Below are positions 47,727 through 59,260 of a stretch of 64,000 nt of DNA, piece after piece. Each line of letters starts with the position of its first letter. Positions within the stretch are counted from its first letter, which is position 1. The stretch lies in NCBI GenBank assembly GCA_000091205.1, contig AP006497.2, one strand, 5' to 3'. The notes under the pieces were generated by a model that ran no database searches, was not told where the DNA came from, and was given only the letters and a program-made list of their open reading frames with translations. Source of the stretch: Cyanidioschyzon merolae (lineage: Eukaryota). Both the position numbers and the translations under genes were made by a program.

Positions 47727-50195
47727 TTGCTGTGTAGACGCCTTCCCGTCTTTTTGGAGCGGCCGCCAACTACTGCTTCCAACTTTTTCTCATATAGTTC
47801 GACCTTGAGAGGTTGTCCAACAAAGTTCACTCTTGTCAACGCTGGAGGTCTCGTCTCCAGCGCCGCACATCTCCTTATATTGATGGCGGCGTTAAAGTCT
47901 CGGTTCACAAACTCCATACGTTTCGTGCCATCACTGGTTGTACTTACTGATGCAAGCAATCCTCGAACTTTCGCTCTCCTTTCCATTTGCCCTTCCGGCA
48001 GCGCTCCGTACTTTTTCGTATCCTTAGGGCTCCGCTGGCACTTTTCCATCTCCACCCTCTGGAGTGTACACCCCAGTTCATGGTGTGTATACGATGTTCG
48101 AAACTCATCTACAGGTATTGTTTCAAAACGCCGTGCGCGCTCCCTCTACGTTCTCGTCGTTGGAGCTGGCGTCGTCCTTTTTGGGTCTTCCATCGGCCTG
48201 CTCCGTACGCTACTATGAGCCTCTGACTTTTATCCTCCTTCAAGTCACTCAACTGATTGAGAAAGTTCGCGAACGCACGCTGCATCCCACCGTAGAGATT
48301 CATTCGCAAACGAGCCCACCGGGGCTTGGTATACTCCTCCCACAGCGCATCCCAATGGGCAACACGAACTTCCATGAATTTCCGAAAAGCATCAAGGTCC
48401 GCTCCTCGGCTCGTCACCTCGCTCATAGCTTCCAGGTGATCCTTCATTCCTGAATTCCATGTAACGATTTTCTTCCTCGCATTCACTATACCGGATTCTC
48501 GATAGTATCTCGCTCTCGAGAACCTCAACAGACGCATGTCTTTCTGACGAAAGTTGCCGTCAGCACCATCTTCCGCACGCTTGGGAGCAGCGATGGTGAT
48601 GATATTCGTGTTTCCGGGGTCCGCGCCAAGGACAAAGTCGTTATCCTGCACTTTCTGCATCGCAGGATCCGCCTCCTACTTTTCTTCATGCTTTGCCGCG
48701 TCAGCGACAAAGTCGTTATCCTGTACCTCCAGCGTCTCAGGATCCGCCTCCTTCCCATCTTCATCCTTCGTCACGTCAACGTTAAAGTCGTTATCCTGCA
48801 CTTTCTGCATCGTAGGACCCGCCTTCTTCTCATCTTCATGCTTCGTCACGTCAACGACAAGGTCGTTATGCTCCACCTCCTGCGTCGCAGGACCCGCCTC
48901 CTTCTTTGCTTCATCCTTCGTCACGGGCGCAGCCGAGGGCGGAACTGGCCGATCTTTCCTCAATGCCGATAGTGTACACAGATGGCTACTCCATCGGTTT
49001 CGATCAACCCAGTGAGTACCTTTTGTTTGCTGACTTTGAGAAGTTTGAAATTGAAGATATTCTTCCGGTACGCCTCCTGGTTTTCACCGGAGAACTCCTC
49101 CCTGCGAACATTGAACTCCAGACTGATCTCCTTCATAATGCCGTGAAGGATTCTGGAGTGGATGGACACAAAATCTGACCTTATGTTGCACATTGGAACC
49201 ACGTTGAAGCGCTTCCCCATTAGGAACGCCTTCCGTCTCTCCCGCTCTTCATTTCTTTCCTCACTCAGCTTCATCTCCGCTTTGCGTTCGAGCTCTCGGT
49301 CCAGAAACACGAAATATCGCAGGATGAGGCGATAATATCTTTCCTTATCTTTTTTCAACGCTGATATCTTTTCTGCTGGATTCGCCAGCCCCAAGACTGC
49401 ACAGTGCTCTTGTATAGCCGTACGGATTACAGAATCCTCATTCGTGCTCTCGTTTGACGCCTTCTTGTCAACGAATTCGATCTCATCTTCATGCTAGCGA
49501 TCTTTCGTGATGGCATCGATAATCGCCCATATTCCATTGCGAGATAGGCCCGGGTAGCGTGCAAACACGGCGCGTATCATGAAACGTTCGAGGTTCATAG
49601 TCAAATGCTTCTTCAGGTTCGTGAGCTACTTCATCGCCCCATAGTCGTAAATATTCGAGTCACCCTTGTATCGAGTACCATTGAATCTGTAAAAGGGATG
49701 TTTTTCGTGGAGGGTATGCACTAGCACATTTTCCTTCCGCGCTTTCTCTTTACGAAGCATCAGGTGTTGAATAAACGTCTTATCGATGGACTCGTCCGGA
49801 ATCTCGACCGTTTCGATCTGCGTCACGTCGCGATACATCTCTCTCGCCAAATGCATCAGTCCTGACGAAGCCTTGACAAGACTCTTGGAGTACGAGTCGA
49901 CACGGTTTTCGATTGCGTCTCGCAACTTTTCCCTGTACGGATCCTTGATATGTCCAAGAAGAATGGTTGTCGCCACCTTCTCGACGTACAGCCGTCTTTC
50001 TTGCCGCCTTCGACGTAGGGCCTCTCCCTTTAGGTCCTTCTTCGCTTCCTTGTCTTCTGGACTCGGCACAGTTTTCGTTTTTTTCTGGTAGTCGGCGACA
50101 CTGAGCCTCCAGGATCGTCGGCTTGCTGTTTCATAGCTTTTTTGTTTCTTTGAAAAACAACGCTCTTTGAAGGCTTCTGTTACATACAGCGACAA
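47708..50195 (-). pseudogene. TnpB/Fanzor-like RuvC nuclease pseudogene (about 650 codons over 4 frame-shifted segments)
   Basis: Homologous segments are in-frame and continuous in copy C (for example TLHETDGATKYHKSLKNH) but interrupted by TAG stops here (YGAMK*, KDR*). Confidence 0.6.
48617..48900. repeat. Coding minisatellite (about 69-nt unit, about 4 copies) inside copy A; single copy in copy B
   Basis: Repeated peptide module K[DH]EDEK[KE]AGP..Q.VQDNDF.VDVT (ORF 48676..48963). The corresponding stretch at 55880-55940 in copy B has one unit. Confidence 0.75.
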
Positions 50196-51149
50196 AACGC
50201 TTGACTAGACTTGTTTGAGGTTTGAACCACAAATGAATTAGAAAACTACACTTTGCTACGACCTGAACGGATATCCAATGTTTTACAGCTGAACAACACG
50301 TTACTGATGCCCACGACAGGGACCTTTACCACAATGAACGGAGGGGCGGAGGCAGTAGCAGCAGAAAATATTGACGATAATTCTGAGTAGTTATCCGCTG
50401 CTCCCGAAACAACGCTGCAGCTTCGGGCGCAAAATCTGGGTCCATCCTCGAGCTCGGGCTCAGTTTTACCTCCTTCTTCGGTTTCTACCTCAACTCTGGA
50501 AACAATCTCGGCGGATATTTTGGAAGACGGCTGGCGGTATGTTCGCGTTCGAAGCTGGAACGAACGACTTGCCCGCCTATGTGTTTGGGGAGCGGATACA
50601 AAGCCGCTGAAAGGTTGGTTCGTAGAGTATCCCCAGTGGTTGAGGGGAGCTTCATGTGTCCGGCAAGATAAAGGTCGCATTCGAGTCGACCTTGACTAAT
50701 GTACATCTGATTCTACGCTAGTGCGGCGCCAAGCACTCAATGAACGACTGGAATGCGGGAGGCGCTGGTGGCATGTACGCTCACACACCCCGTGGAGGGT
50801 GCATCTAAATTGACGACGTATCTCTGGAGTACCGCAGCGCTATTCCTATTCCGTTACGCGCTACAAATCGGTAGGTATTGCATCATGGAATATTTGTGGT
50901 GTAGCCTCGAAACTAGAATAAGAGATATCGAATTACTAGTAGAGTAAAGAGGATCAGATACAACTGAAGGACTCTACAAAAGGAAAAGCGATCCAACGAG
51001 ATACGGAGAAGGAGACACAGGAACCTCATGATCCACCTAGATGCAAAATAACCAGAGAAAGCAGCTCAGGAAAGAGCCCGAAGAAGAAGAAGACCAACAA
51101 GAAAAGACAGAAGAATAGAGAGAAGAACTCCCAAGCGAGCCCATCATGA

Positions 51150-53378
51150 GTGATCCCCCGAAAGAGCACCCCAGCAGGAACTCAAGAAAGCCGTCGCCAA
51201 ACCGAGTCACCTACTCACAGCGCTGAAGATCCGAAAAGCCGTGCGTACAAATCTTTAGACCAATTGGCACGCGAGTTTGTAGATGGGAATCAGAAGACTG
51301 CCAGAGAACTGGGACGGCTGGCACCAGAACGCAACAGTTGGAAACCGCAGTACCTGAAACGACGTATCAAAACTCGGATTGATGAATGCCACCGACTCAA
51401 TAAGATCCTCAACCGCACCGCCATACGCGCCAACGCCGGAGACAAGGAAGCGAAGGCAGCGCTACCGGCGCTACAGGCGCAACATGAGGAAGCTATCAAA
51501 AGAAAGAAGAAACTTTCCAGAGAAGACAAACGAGAGGATCGAAACCGCAAAATCGCCTCTCTGATGGAATCTACGCTAGAGAGCACCAACGAAGATGAGA
51601 CCTGGCGCTATATTCGATCGAGACTCGACCCACCGAAAAGTGCTTGGGGCTCACACCAACTGTTAAAAAGAAGAGCTGAGGACGGAGAGTGCCTCAGTGA
51701 ATGAGGCCTGGATAGACCACGGGAGAGAGCTGCATGAAGACGCAACTGGGAACTGCCAAGACCGAATCTATTGGCATCAGTATGCTGCAGAACTACCGCG
51801 CCTCAACCCGGTACCGGAATGGAACGACCCAATCTTCTGGCCTGAATCTGTTCGGACCCTGCTATGCTCAAGCAACCGCAAAACACCTGGCATCGACGGT
51901 ATCGCGACGGAGTGGATGAAACTGGCGACCCCAAAAGACGGGACAACAGGGACACCATCGATACCAGATGAACCTGACACAATCTTAGGCAAACGCCCTC
52001 TGGAGCTCATCCAACGCATGTTTGAAGAAGCATACATCCCTGATGTATGTAGGAGTGTTGAGGTCGTATCGATCCTCAAAAAGGACTCCCACATACACAG
52101 ACATGAACAACTACCGGACTATTCGCCTCATCCCGTCAATCATGAAGCTACTTTGCGCCATGCTCACGAACCGGATCCAGAGGGGCCTCGAGGAGCGCAA
52201 GTTCTTCGCTTCAGAACAGGCTGGATTCCGGAGTCGCGAGGAGTGCATGAGCCATGTCCTGACCCTCATCGGAGTGGCGCAACGTCGCTCCATTAGCGAC
52301 CAACAACCAGCTTACGTATGCTTCATCGACTTTCAAAAGGCCTTTGACACGGTCCCGCACGAGGCTCCATTTCTCAAGATGGAACGCGCCGGAGTCTCCG
52401 AAAAGTGCTTGGCGTTCTTCAGTGCGCTCTATGCAGACTCGTGGATGCGCATCCGACTGGGCGACAGCTCAAGAACCCCTTCCAGAAGAATCCGCCGTGG
52501 ACTGCGACAGGGCGACCGCGCATCCCCGCTCCTTTTCAACATCTTCATCAACGATCTGCTGAACAACGGCAGACAATTCGTGGCTGAGGCGCCGTGGATA
52601 GACTGTGGAGATGTCCGGTGAGGAGCCCTCAGATAGGAACCGCCTCGCAGGCCTTCTATTCGCGGACGATGTCGTGCTGTTGGCACCCACCCCGGAAACG
52701 CTTGCGGCTAGCATGGAACAAGTCAGCGCCTGGACCGATCGCTGGGAGATGAGCATAGGAGCATCGAAGTGCGGCGTCATGGTCATCCATGGAGACTCGC
52801 AGAGCATTCGCAATCGCTCGTGGCGGTTGCAGAATCAGGAAATTCCGGTCGTGGAAAAATATCGCTACCTGGGGGTCGGTCTCATGCTGACGCTCGACGA
52901 AAAGGCACACATCGACGAGATGATCGCCAAGATGCATAGAGGTACAGCGATCGCACGCCCATTCCTATCCGATCCCTCTATCTGCATAGCAATCCGTACG
53001 AGGGCACTAAGGATGTGTATCATCCAGCCTGCGACCTGGGGTGCTGAATTGTGCGGCATAAAGCACAAAAATGCCTCGCGTCTGCAGACAGCCGCCAACA
53101 GGGCAATGCGACTCGTTCGTGTTGGATGCTCAGTGCAGAGCAGAGCAACCAACCCGTTGACACTCGGACCTGAACTCCAAACACCATCGACAGAGGCGAT
53201 AGCAGCAGGCTTCCAGGCACGTGTGTGGGCCAAAGGGCCCATCATGCGCACCTGGTTCAGTCGGAGTTTCATGCAGACCCCAACGCACTCCAAGAAATCT
53301 TGGATGGAATCGACGCAGATTTGGTTGGAGCGCCACTTAGGCGAAAACACGCTCCCCAATCATTCCCCAGGAATATAG
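51150..53378 (+). mobile_element. Non-LTR (LINE-like) retrotransposon fragment: reverse transcriptase, 5'-truncated and frameshifted
   Basis: RT motifs across frames: KTPGIDGI (domain 1), YRTIRLIPSIMKLL, FIDFQKAFDTVPH, GLRQGDRASPLLFNIFIND, LLFADDVVLLA (the YxDD box in its FADD variant), and the thumb region ...YRYLGV. No endonuclease domain upstream; at least two frameshifts. Confidence 0.75.
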
Positions 53379-54477
53379 AAGGCTCCCGCCGCCTCTAGCG
53401 AACGGTCCGAACAACCATATGGGAATTTAGACAAGGTACCAGTCGCGCAAGTAACGCCGGCTTGACCCTATCCGGAACTACACCCTAGCATACACATGCA
53501 AGTACTGGTAGGGGGTGCTGGAATTCCCGGGACTTGCTCGAGGTACCCAGTGGCTCGCCAAAATCCGCGTTGGTGGCTTCCGGCTGGCAGCACCGGCTCT
53601 AAGCCGGAAAGGAGCACTGGAATCGCACTGGGAATCACACTGTCCCTGCTGTGGAGACGAGAGCCCCCGAGAAGCTGACGCATTTACTGTTACAGTGCCC
53701 GCGCTAGAATCAGGAGCGCAGCGAGCTCCTTGAAGGACAGCAGCAGCTGGGCATCAGCGTGATAGTGGAAGGCCGGACACTCATTCTGAGTGTAGCACTG
53801 GCAACTGATGGTCCGCTAACCGAGCCGCAGCGCTCGTTAGTGGCGAACAAACTCACATTCTACCTTCTAAGCGGCAGGTCCAACGAATCGGATGAGCACA
53901 CGGGTTTAGTGCTCTTTGTGCCTGCCTACTGGCGGGTGTCAAGCACAAACCCGCATTGCCGACCGACAACACATTCAATGCATGATCACGAAGGAGAGAG
54001 GCGGCTCCCAGGATTCATCCTAACAGCCAAGTTTCTCCAGCGTGTCGTGCAGCGAAGGTAAGACTGCATTTGCAGACTCGCTGAGCATATATCGACGAAG
54101 AGACCCGATTCTACGTCGGGTGAACCACGCCTCGAGCCGACGCCCTCTGTGGTATAGCAACGCCGTTCTGTCTCTATGAGCTATCTGCTCCAGCATTTAA
54201 GGTGCAAAGGCGAATACGGAGCGGCAGCTACTAGGCACACACGATAGGACGTATGAAACGACCAGAATATCTGAGATGAAGCATAGGTAATCTAACTTGG
54301 AGGCAGGTGCTTCATCATGGACGCTTTCCCGAAAGCCATTATCCATTCCAAATTCTGGGATCCATGGTCAATGGAAACGTCTTGTCAATAACAAAAAAAC
54401 AAATTGCGCTCGGTGGGCGCACCTCGGAGATCGGGAAGTCAACTGACACGACGCGCATGCCGCCGTAGAAGGGTAAC

Positions 54478-56890
54478 GCGATTGGGATCAGTAACGTGTT
54501 GTTCAGCTGTAAAACATTGGATATCCGTTCAGGTCGTAGCAAAGTGTAGTTTTCTAATTCATTTGTGGTTCAAACCTCAAACAAGTCTAGTCAAGCGTTT
54601 TGTCGCTGTATGTAACAGAAGCCTTCAAAGAGCGTTGTTTTTCAAAGAAACAAAAAAGCTATGAAACAGCAAGCCGACGATCCTGGAGGCTCAGTGTCGC
54701 CGACTACCAGAAAAAAACGAAAACTGTGCCGGGTCCAGAAGACAAGGAATCGAAGAAGGACCTAAAGGGAGAGGCCCTACGTCGAAGGCGGCAAGAAAGA
54801 CGGCTGTACGACGAGAAGGTGGCGACAACCATTCTTCTTGGACATATCAAGGATCCGTACAGGGAAAAGTTGCGAGACGCAATCGAAAACCGTGTCGACT
54901 CGTACTCCAAGAGTCTTGTCAAGGCTTCGTCAGGACTGATGCATTTGGCGAGAGAGATGTATCGCGACGTGACGCAGATCGAAACGGTCGAGATTCCGGA
55001 CGAGTCCATCGATAAGACGTTTATTCAACACCTGATGCTTCGTAAAGAGAAAGCGCGGAAGGAAAATGTGCTAGTGCATACCCTCCACGAAAAACATCCC
55101 TTTTACAGATTCAATGGTACTCGATACAAGGGTGACTCGAATATTTACGACTATGGGGCGATGAAGTAGCTCACGAACCTGAAGAACCATTTGACTATGA
55201 ACCTCGAACGTTTCATGATACGCGCCGTGTTTGCACGCTACCCGGGCCTATCTCGCAATGGAATATGGGCGATTATCGATGCCATCACGAAAGATCGCTA
55301 GCATGAAGATGAGATCGAATTCGTTGACAAGAAGGCGTCAAACGAGAGCACGAATGAGGATTCTGTAATCCGTACGGCTATACAAGAGCACTGTGCAGTC
55401 TTGGGGCTGGCGAATCCAGCAGAAAAGATATCAGCGTTGGAAAAAGATAAGGAAAGATATTATCGCCTCATCCTGCGATATTTCGTGTTTCTGGACCGAG
55501 AGCTCGAACGGAAAGCGGAGATGAAGCTGAGTGAGGAAAGAAATGAAGAGCGGGAGAGACGGAAGGCGTTCCCAATGGGGAAGCGCTTCAACGTGGCTCC
55601 AATGTGCAACATAAGGTCAGATTTTGTGTCCATCCACTCCAGAATCCTTCACGGCATTATGAAGGAGATCAGTCTGGAGTTCAATGTTCGCAGGGAGGAG
55701 TTCTCCGGTGAAAACCAGGAGGCGTACCGGAAGAATATCTTCAATTTCAAACTTCTCAAAGTCAGCAAACAAAAGGTATTCACTGGGTTGATCGAAATCG
55801 ATGGAGTAGCCATCTGTGTACACTATCGGCATTGAGGAAAGATCGGCCAGTTCCGCCCTCGGCTGCGCCCGTGACGAAGGATGAAGCAAAGAAGGAGGCG
55901 GGTCCTGCGACGCAGGAGGTGGAGCATAACGACCTTGTCGTTGACGCGGACCCCGGAAACACGAATATCATCACCATCGCTGCTCCCAAGCGTGCGGAAG
56001 ATGGTGCTGACGGCAACTTTCGTCAGAAAGACATGTGTCTGTTGAGGTTCTCGAGAGCGAGGTACTGCCGAGAATCCGGTATAGTAAATGCGAGGAAGAA
56101 AATCGTTACATGGAATTCAGGAATGAAGGATCACCTGGAAGCTATGAGCGAGGTGACGAGCCGAGGAGCGGACCTTGATGCTTTTCGGAAATTCATGGAA
56201 GTTCGTGTTGCCCATTGGGATGCGCTGTGGGAGGAGTATACCAAGCCCCGGTGGGCTCGTTTGCGAATGAATCTCTACGGTGGGATGCAGCGTGCGTTCG
56301 CGAACTTTCTCAATCAGTTGAGTGACTTGAAGGAGGATAAAAGTCAGAGGCTCATAGTAGCGTACGGAGCAGGCCGATGGAAGACCCAAAAAGGACGACG
56401 CCAGCTCCAACGACGAGAACGTAGAGGGAGCGCGCACGGCGTTTTGAAACAATACCTGTAGATGAGTTTCGAACATCGTATACACACCATGAACTGGGGT
56501 GTACACTCCAGAGGGTGGAGATGGAAAAGTGCCAGCGGAGCCCTGAGGATACGAAAAAGTACGGAGCGCTGCCGGAAGGGCAAATGGAAAGGAGAGCGAA
56601 AGTTCGAGGATTGCTTGCATCAGTAAGTACAACCAGTGATGGCACGAAACGTATGGAGTTTGTGAACCGAGACTTTAACGCCGCCATCAATATAAGGAGA
56701 TGTGCGGTGCTGGAGACGAGACCTCCAGCGTTGACAAGAGTGAACTTTGTTGGACAACCTCTCAAAGTCGAACTATATGAGAAAAAGTTGGAAGCAGTAG
56801 TTGGCGGCCGCTCCAAAAAGACGGGAAGGCGTCTACACAGCAGTTGGAGACGATTTGTCTAGGGCGCGTTCGCCGCCACCGCTGAAAACT
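54478..56890 (+). mobile_element. Fanzor/TnpB-like element copy B (right arm of inverted duplication), pseudogenised
   Basis: ORF fragments 54600..55169, 55401..55835, 55832..56461 ([19 protein letters not shown] at 55937-55966; LIVAYGAGRW) and 56515..56862 (NRDFNAAINI at 56665-56694; ...GRRLHSSWRRFV stop). Confidence 0.65.
54600..56862 (+). pseudogene. TnpB/Fanzor-like RuvC nuclease pseudogene
   Basis: Same as the copy A pseudogene; identical premature stops. Confidence 0.6.
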
Positions 56891-57163
56891 GCGGGAAGCA
56901 ACGTCTTTCTTTTGAAAGAGGTTTGTTGTTGCTGGTGGCGGTTGTGCATCTTTATATCCTGGATCGTGTCAGCGATCTCACACGGTACAAAAGTTGAAGG
57001 GGTGCAACACACGTACAGCTTCTCTGTCTGGGCACGTGCAACGCTCGAATCCTGGCGGCGCTCTCGAGACTGATAGAGAAAGCCCGCTTGTGAGGTATGC
57101 TCGGCGCTTGTTTGATTCGCGCTCTTACCCTGCGCAGGAAGCCGTGAACAAAATACTGCTGGC

Positions 57164-59260
57164 ATGGAGGCAGAAGGGGTTGCTGTTGCGACTGCCGCAG
57201 AGCAGGCAGCACTAGTATTCTTCTGCGGTCCGCTGAACGGCAGCATCTTTGTAGCGGAGTGCGCAGAAGTAATAGATGCCGCTATCGTTGAGAGCTCCGA
57301 GGCGTGGCGCTGGACGGTGCGACCAGTGTGGCTGCGCTCTCCCACGAGCGACAACGCATTGAGCCCCGCACTGGCGAGAGCAACCACTGACGGACGCGAA
57401 AGAAAGCGACAGCGGACGAAACCTGCTGACGTATCCGCCAATGTGTCCGAACGAGAGCACCTCCGAGCAGCCAAGGTTGCCGCTGCCCGCTCTCTGCGTG
57501 GCAATGGGGTACGCTGTATCGCGGCTCAGCGCTGCGGGCGGGCGACAAGTCGGGGCGATGGCGAGACCTGCTGGATGCTTGCCGCTGCCGGAGATGATAA
57601 GATACTGCGCGTTTTTCGAGGGAAACACATACAACCCGCGCAAGCGACAGATGCAGCGATGCTCTGGGAGACTGTCGTCGAAAAGTAAGCTGGTTCGGTA
57701 CGAGTACCTCGCTAGCATGCCGAGATCTAAGGATGAAGCGTATAACTGCATTGGACTAGAGTTTCTGAGTCTAATTCTGTGCTGAAAGCGTTGCTTTCCC
57801 TTGGCTGTCTGAAGCTTTCCGGAACGCTGGCCGGGTGCCTCGCACGCTTGACGATACGAGCGTCGCGGATGGAGCCTTTGCTGGACAGATAAACTAACCG
57901 CGGTAATTTTGAGCACAGAGCGAACCCGAAACGGATGACAGCTGTACAGCTGGGTTTCGACGGCCGTGTGGCGCTCACAGCCGACAAATTCGGTGACGTC
58001 TACGCGCTCCAGATCGGGGAGGAAGCGTTGCTGCCAGAGCCGGCTTGGCAGTATTTGTTGCGTCAGCCGGTATATGTTGCGGGGGACGCTTCTGTAGAGC
58101 CAGTCATGGGGCATTTGTCAATCATTACATCGTTGGCAATCGATCCTGGAGGCCGTCTCATAGCTAGTGCTGACATCGAGGGCCAAATTCGCATTTCGGC
58201 ATTTCCGGAGGTGTACAGAGTAGAGCAAATCTACTCTAGTTGCGGCGGTGATCCATCATGGTGCACATCCAGCGACTTTATCACGAGACTCTCCTGGAAG
58301 CATGGTAGTCAAACGCCAACGCTCATAGGCGCTGGGACCGACGTCTGGTTCGTGGCAAAACAAGTGAAGCCGGTGCCCGCGGCACGCGACACTTGCGATG
58401 GTGAATCCTGTTGGCGTATCTGGGGTGGGCGTCTCGGCTCCTTGCGCGGAACTGGAGCGGCCTATGAGGGATCAACTTCAGACGAGAACGCATCAATGGT
58501 GGCCCGAGCGCCTTCTGAGGGTGCAGCTGGCCGCGCACTGGGTCGAGCATCGGGGCTGGAATCTTGCTCGACGCACGGTTTCACGTGGATTTGTCTGGAT
58601 ATCGATGCTCGCCTGACGCTAGCGCTCTGGGGCAACGCTCAGCATCAGACGTGCTTCAGTATTATTTCGTTGATGAACGCGGAATCCGAGAGCGCACTGC
58701 ATCGTTTGAATGAAAGACTGGGCGATGCTCGAGCTCGCTATCGAACGCGTATACCAACCGGATGCTGCTCACTGCCGCTCAGCACGTGCTTGCCCAAGGG
58801 CCGTGAACACCAGCTCCGGTCGTTATCGACGCCCGTAGAACTGTGCTCGATGATCTTCGTTCCGACAGCGCCTGGTCCACTTGATGCCGCGGTCTGCTCG
58901 ATGCATGAGACAGGCGCCCGGTGGACACCTGAGGTGACCCGAACCTCCACAGACGTCTCTGAACCCGAAGCTGTTCGTTTCTTCTTTGTTCTTCCCTTTG
59001 TGGAAAGCGATGACCCAGCAGCGGAGGATGCGCTGTTGCCTCTGGCGGCGACGATGCAGTGGACGCTCAACCAGTCCGTCGCAACTTGCATCCGAGAGTC
59101 CAGCGGGGCGTTCAGTACATCTGAGCGAGCAAACACACCTTACAATGCCTTACATCACTCGGGCTGGAGCTGGATATTCGATCAGGCATGCAACGCCGTG
59201 ACCGGAGGCGACGGAAGCCCAGCGCCCGTGCCGACCCCCACTACGGAAACCTCGAGGTAG
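57164..59260 (+). CDS. WDR4: tRNA (guanine-N7)-methyltransferase non-catalytic WD-repeat subunit (WDR4/Trm82 homolog); two exons inferred (57164..57684 and 57919..59260)
   Basis: Exon 1 ends ...AAAGDDKILRVFRGK... (compare human ALTDDSKRLILFRTK). Exon 2 has TADKFGDVYALQI (WDR4 hallmark DKSGDVYSF) and HLSIITSLAIDPGGRLIASADIEGQIRISAFPEVY (compare [30 protein letters not shown]). Both ORFs are in the same frame, separated by a TAA. GTAAGC at 57685 and CACAG ending at 57918 give a 234-nt in-phase intron. Confidence 0.65.

Larger units (their letters stand above)
47697..50318 (-). mobile_element. Fanzor/TnpB-like element copy A (left arm of inverted duplication), pseudogenised
   Basis: About 98-99% identical (reverse-complement) to 54478..56890. 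ORF fragments 49626..50195, 48960..49394, 48109..48660, 47708..48055. The last carries KRMEFVNRDFNAAINIRRCAALETRP, and 48109 carries [20 protein letters not shown] (RuvC-I-like). In-frame stops are shared with copy B. Confidence 0.65.

Noticed and set aside
56626-56640. Conserved GTAAGT / GTACGT hexamers just upstream of the RDxNAAxNI block in copies A, B, C and 31.3 kb, which resemble 5' splice donors
   Set aside because: They coincide with conserved codons (V-S/R-T: gta agt aca / gta cgt aca). The motif follows only about 13 codons later, leaving no room for an intron, and the reading frame is continuous through them.
57212-58114. 300-aa ORF on the minus strand
   Set aside because: It is antisense to the WDR4 homolog exons, with no recognisable motifs. 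It is typical of GC-rich antisense open frames.
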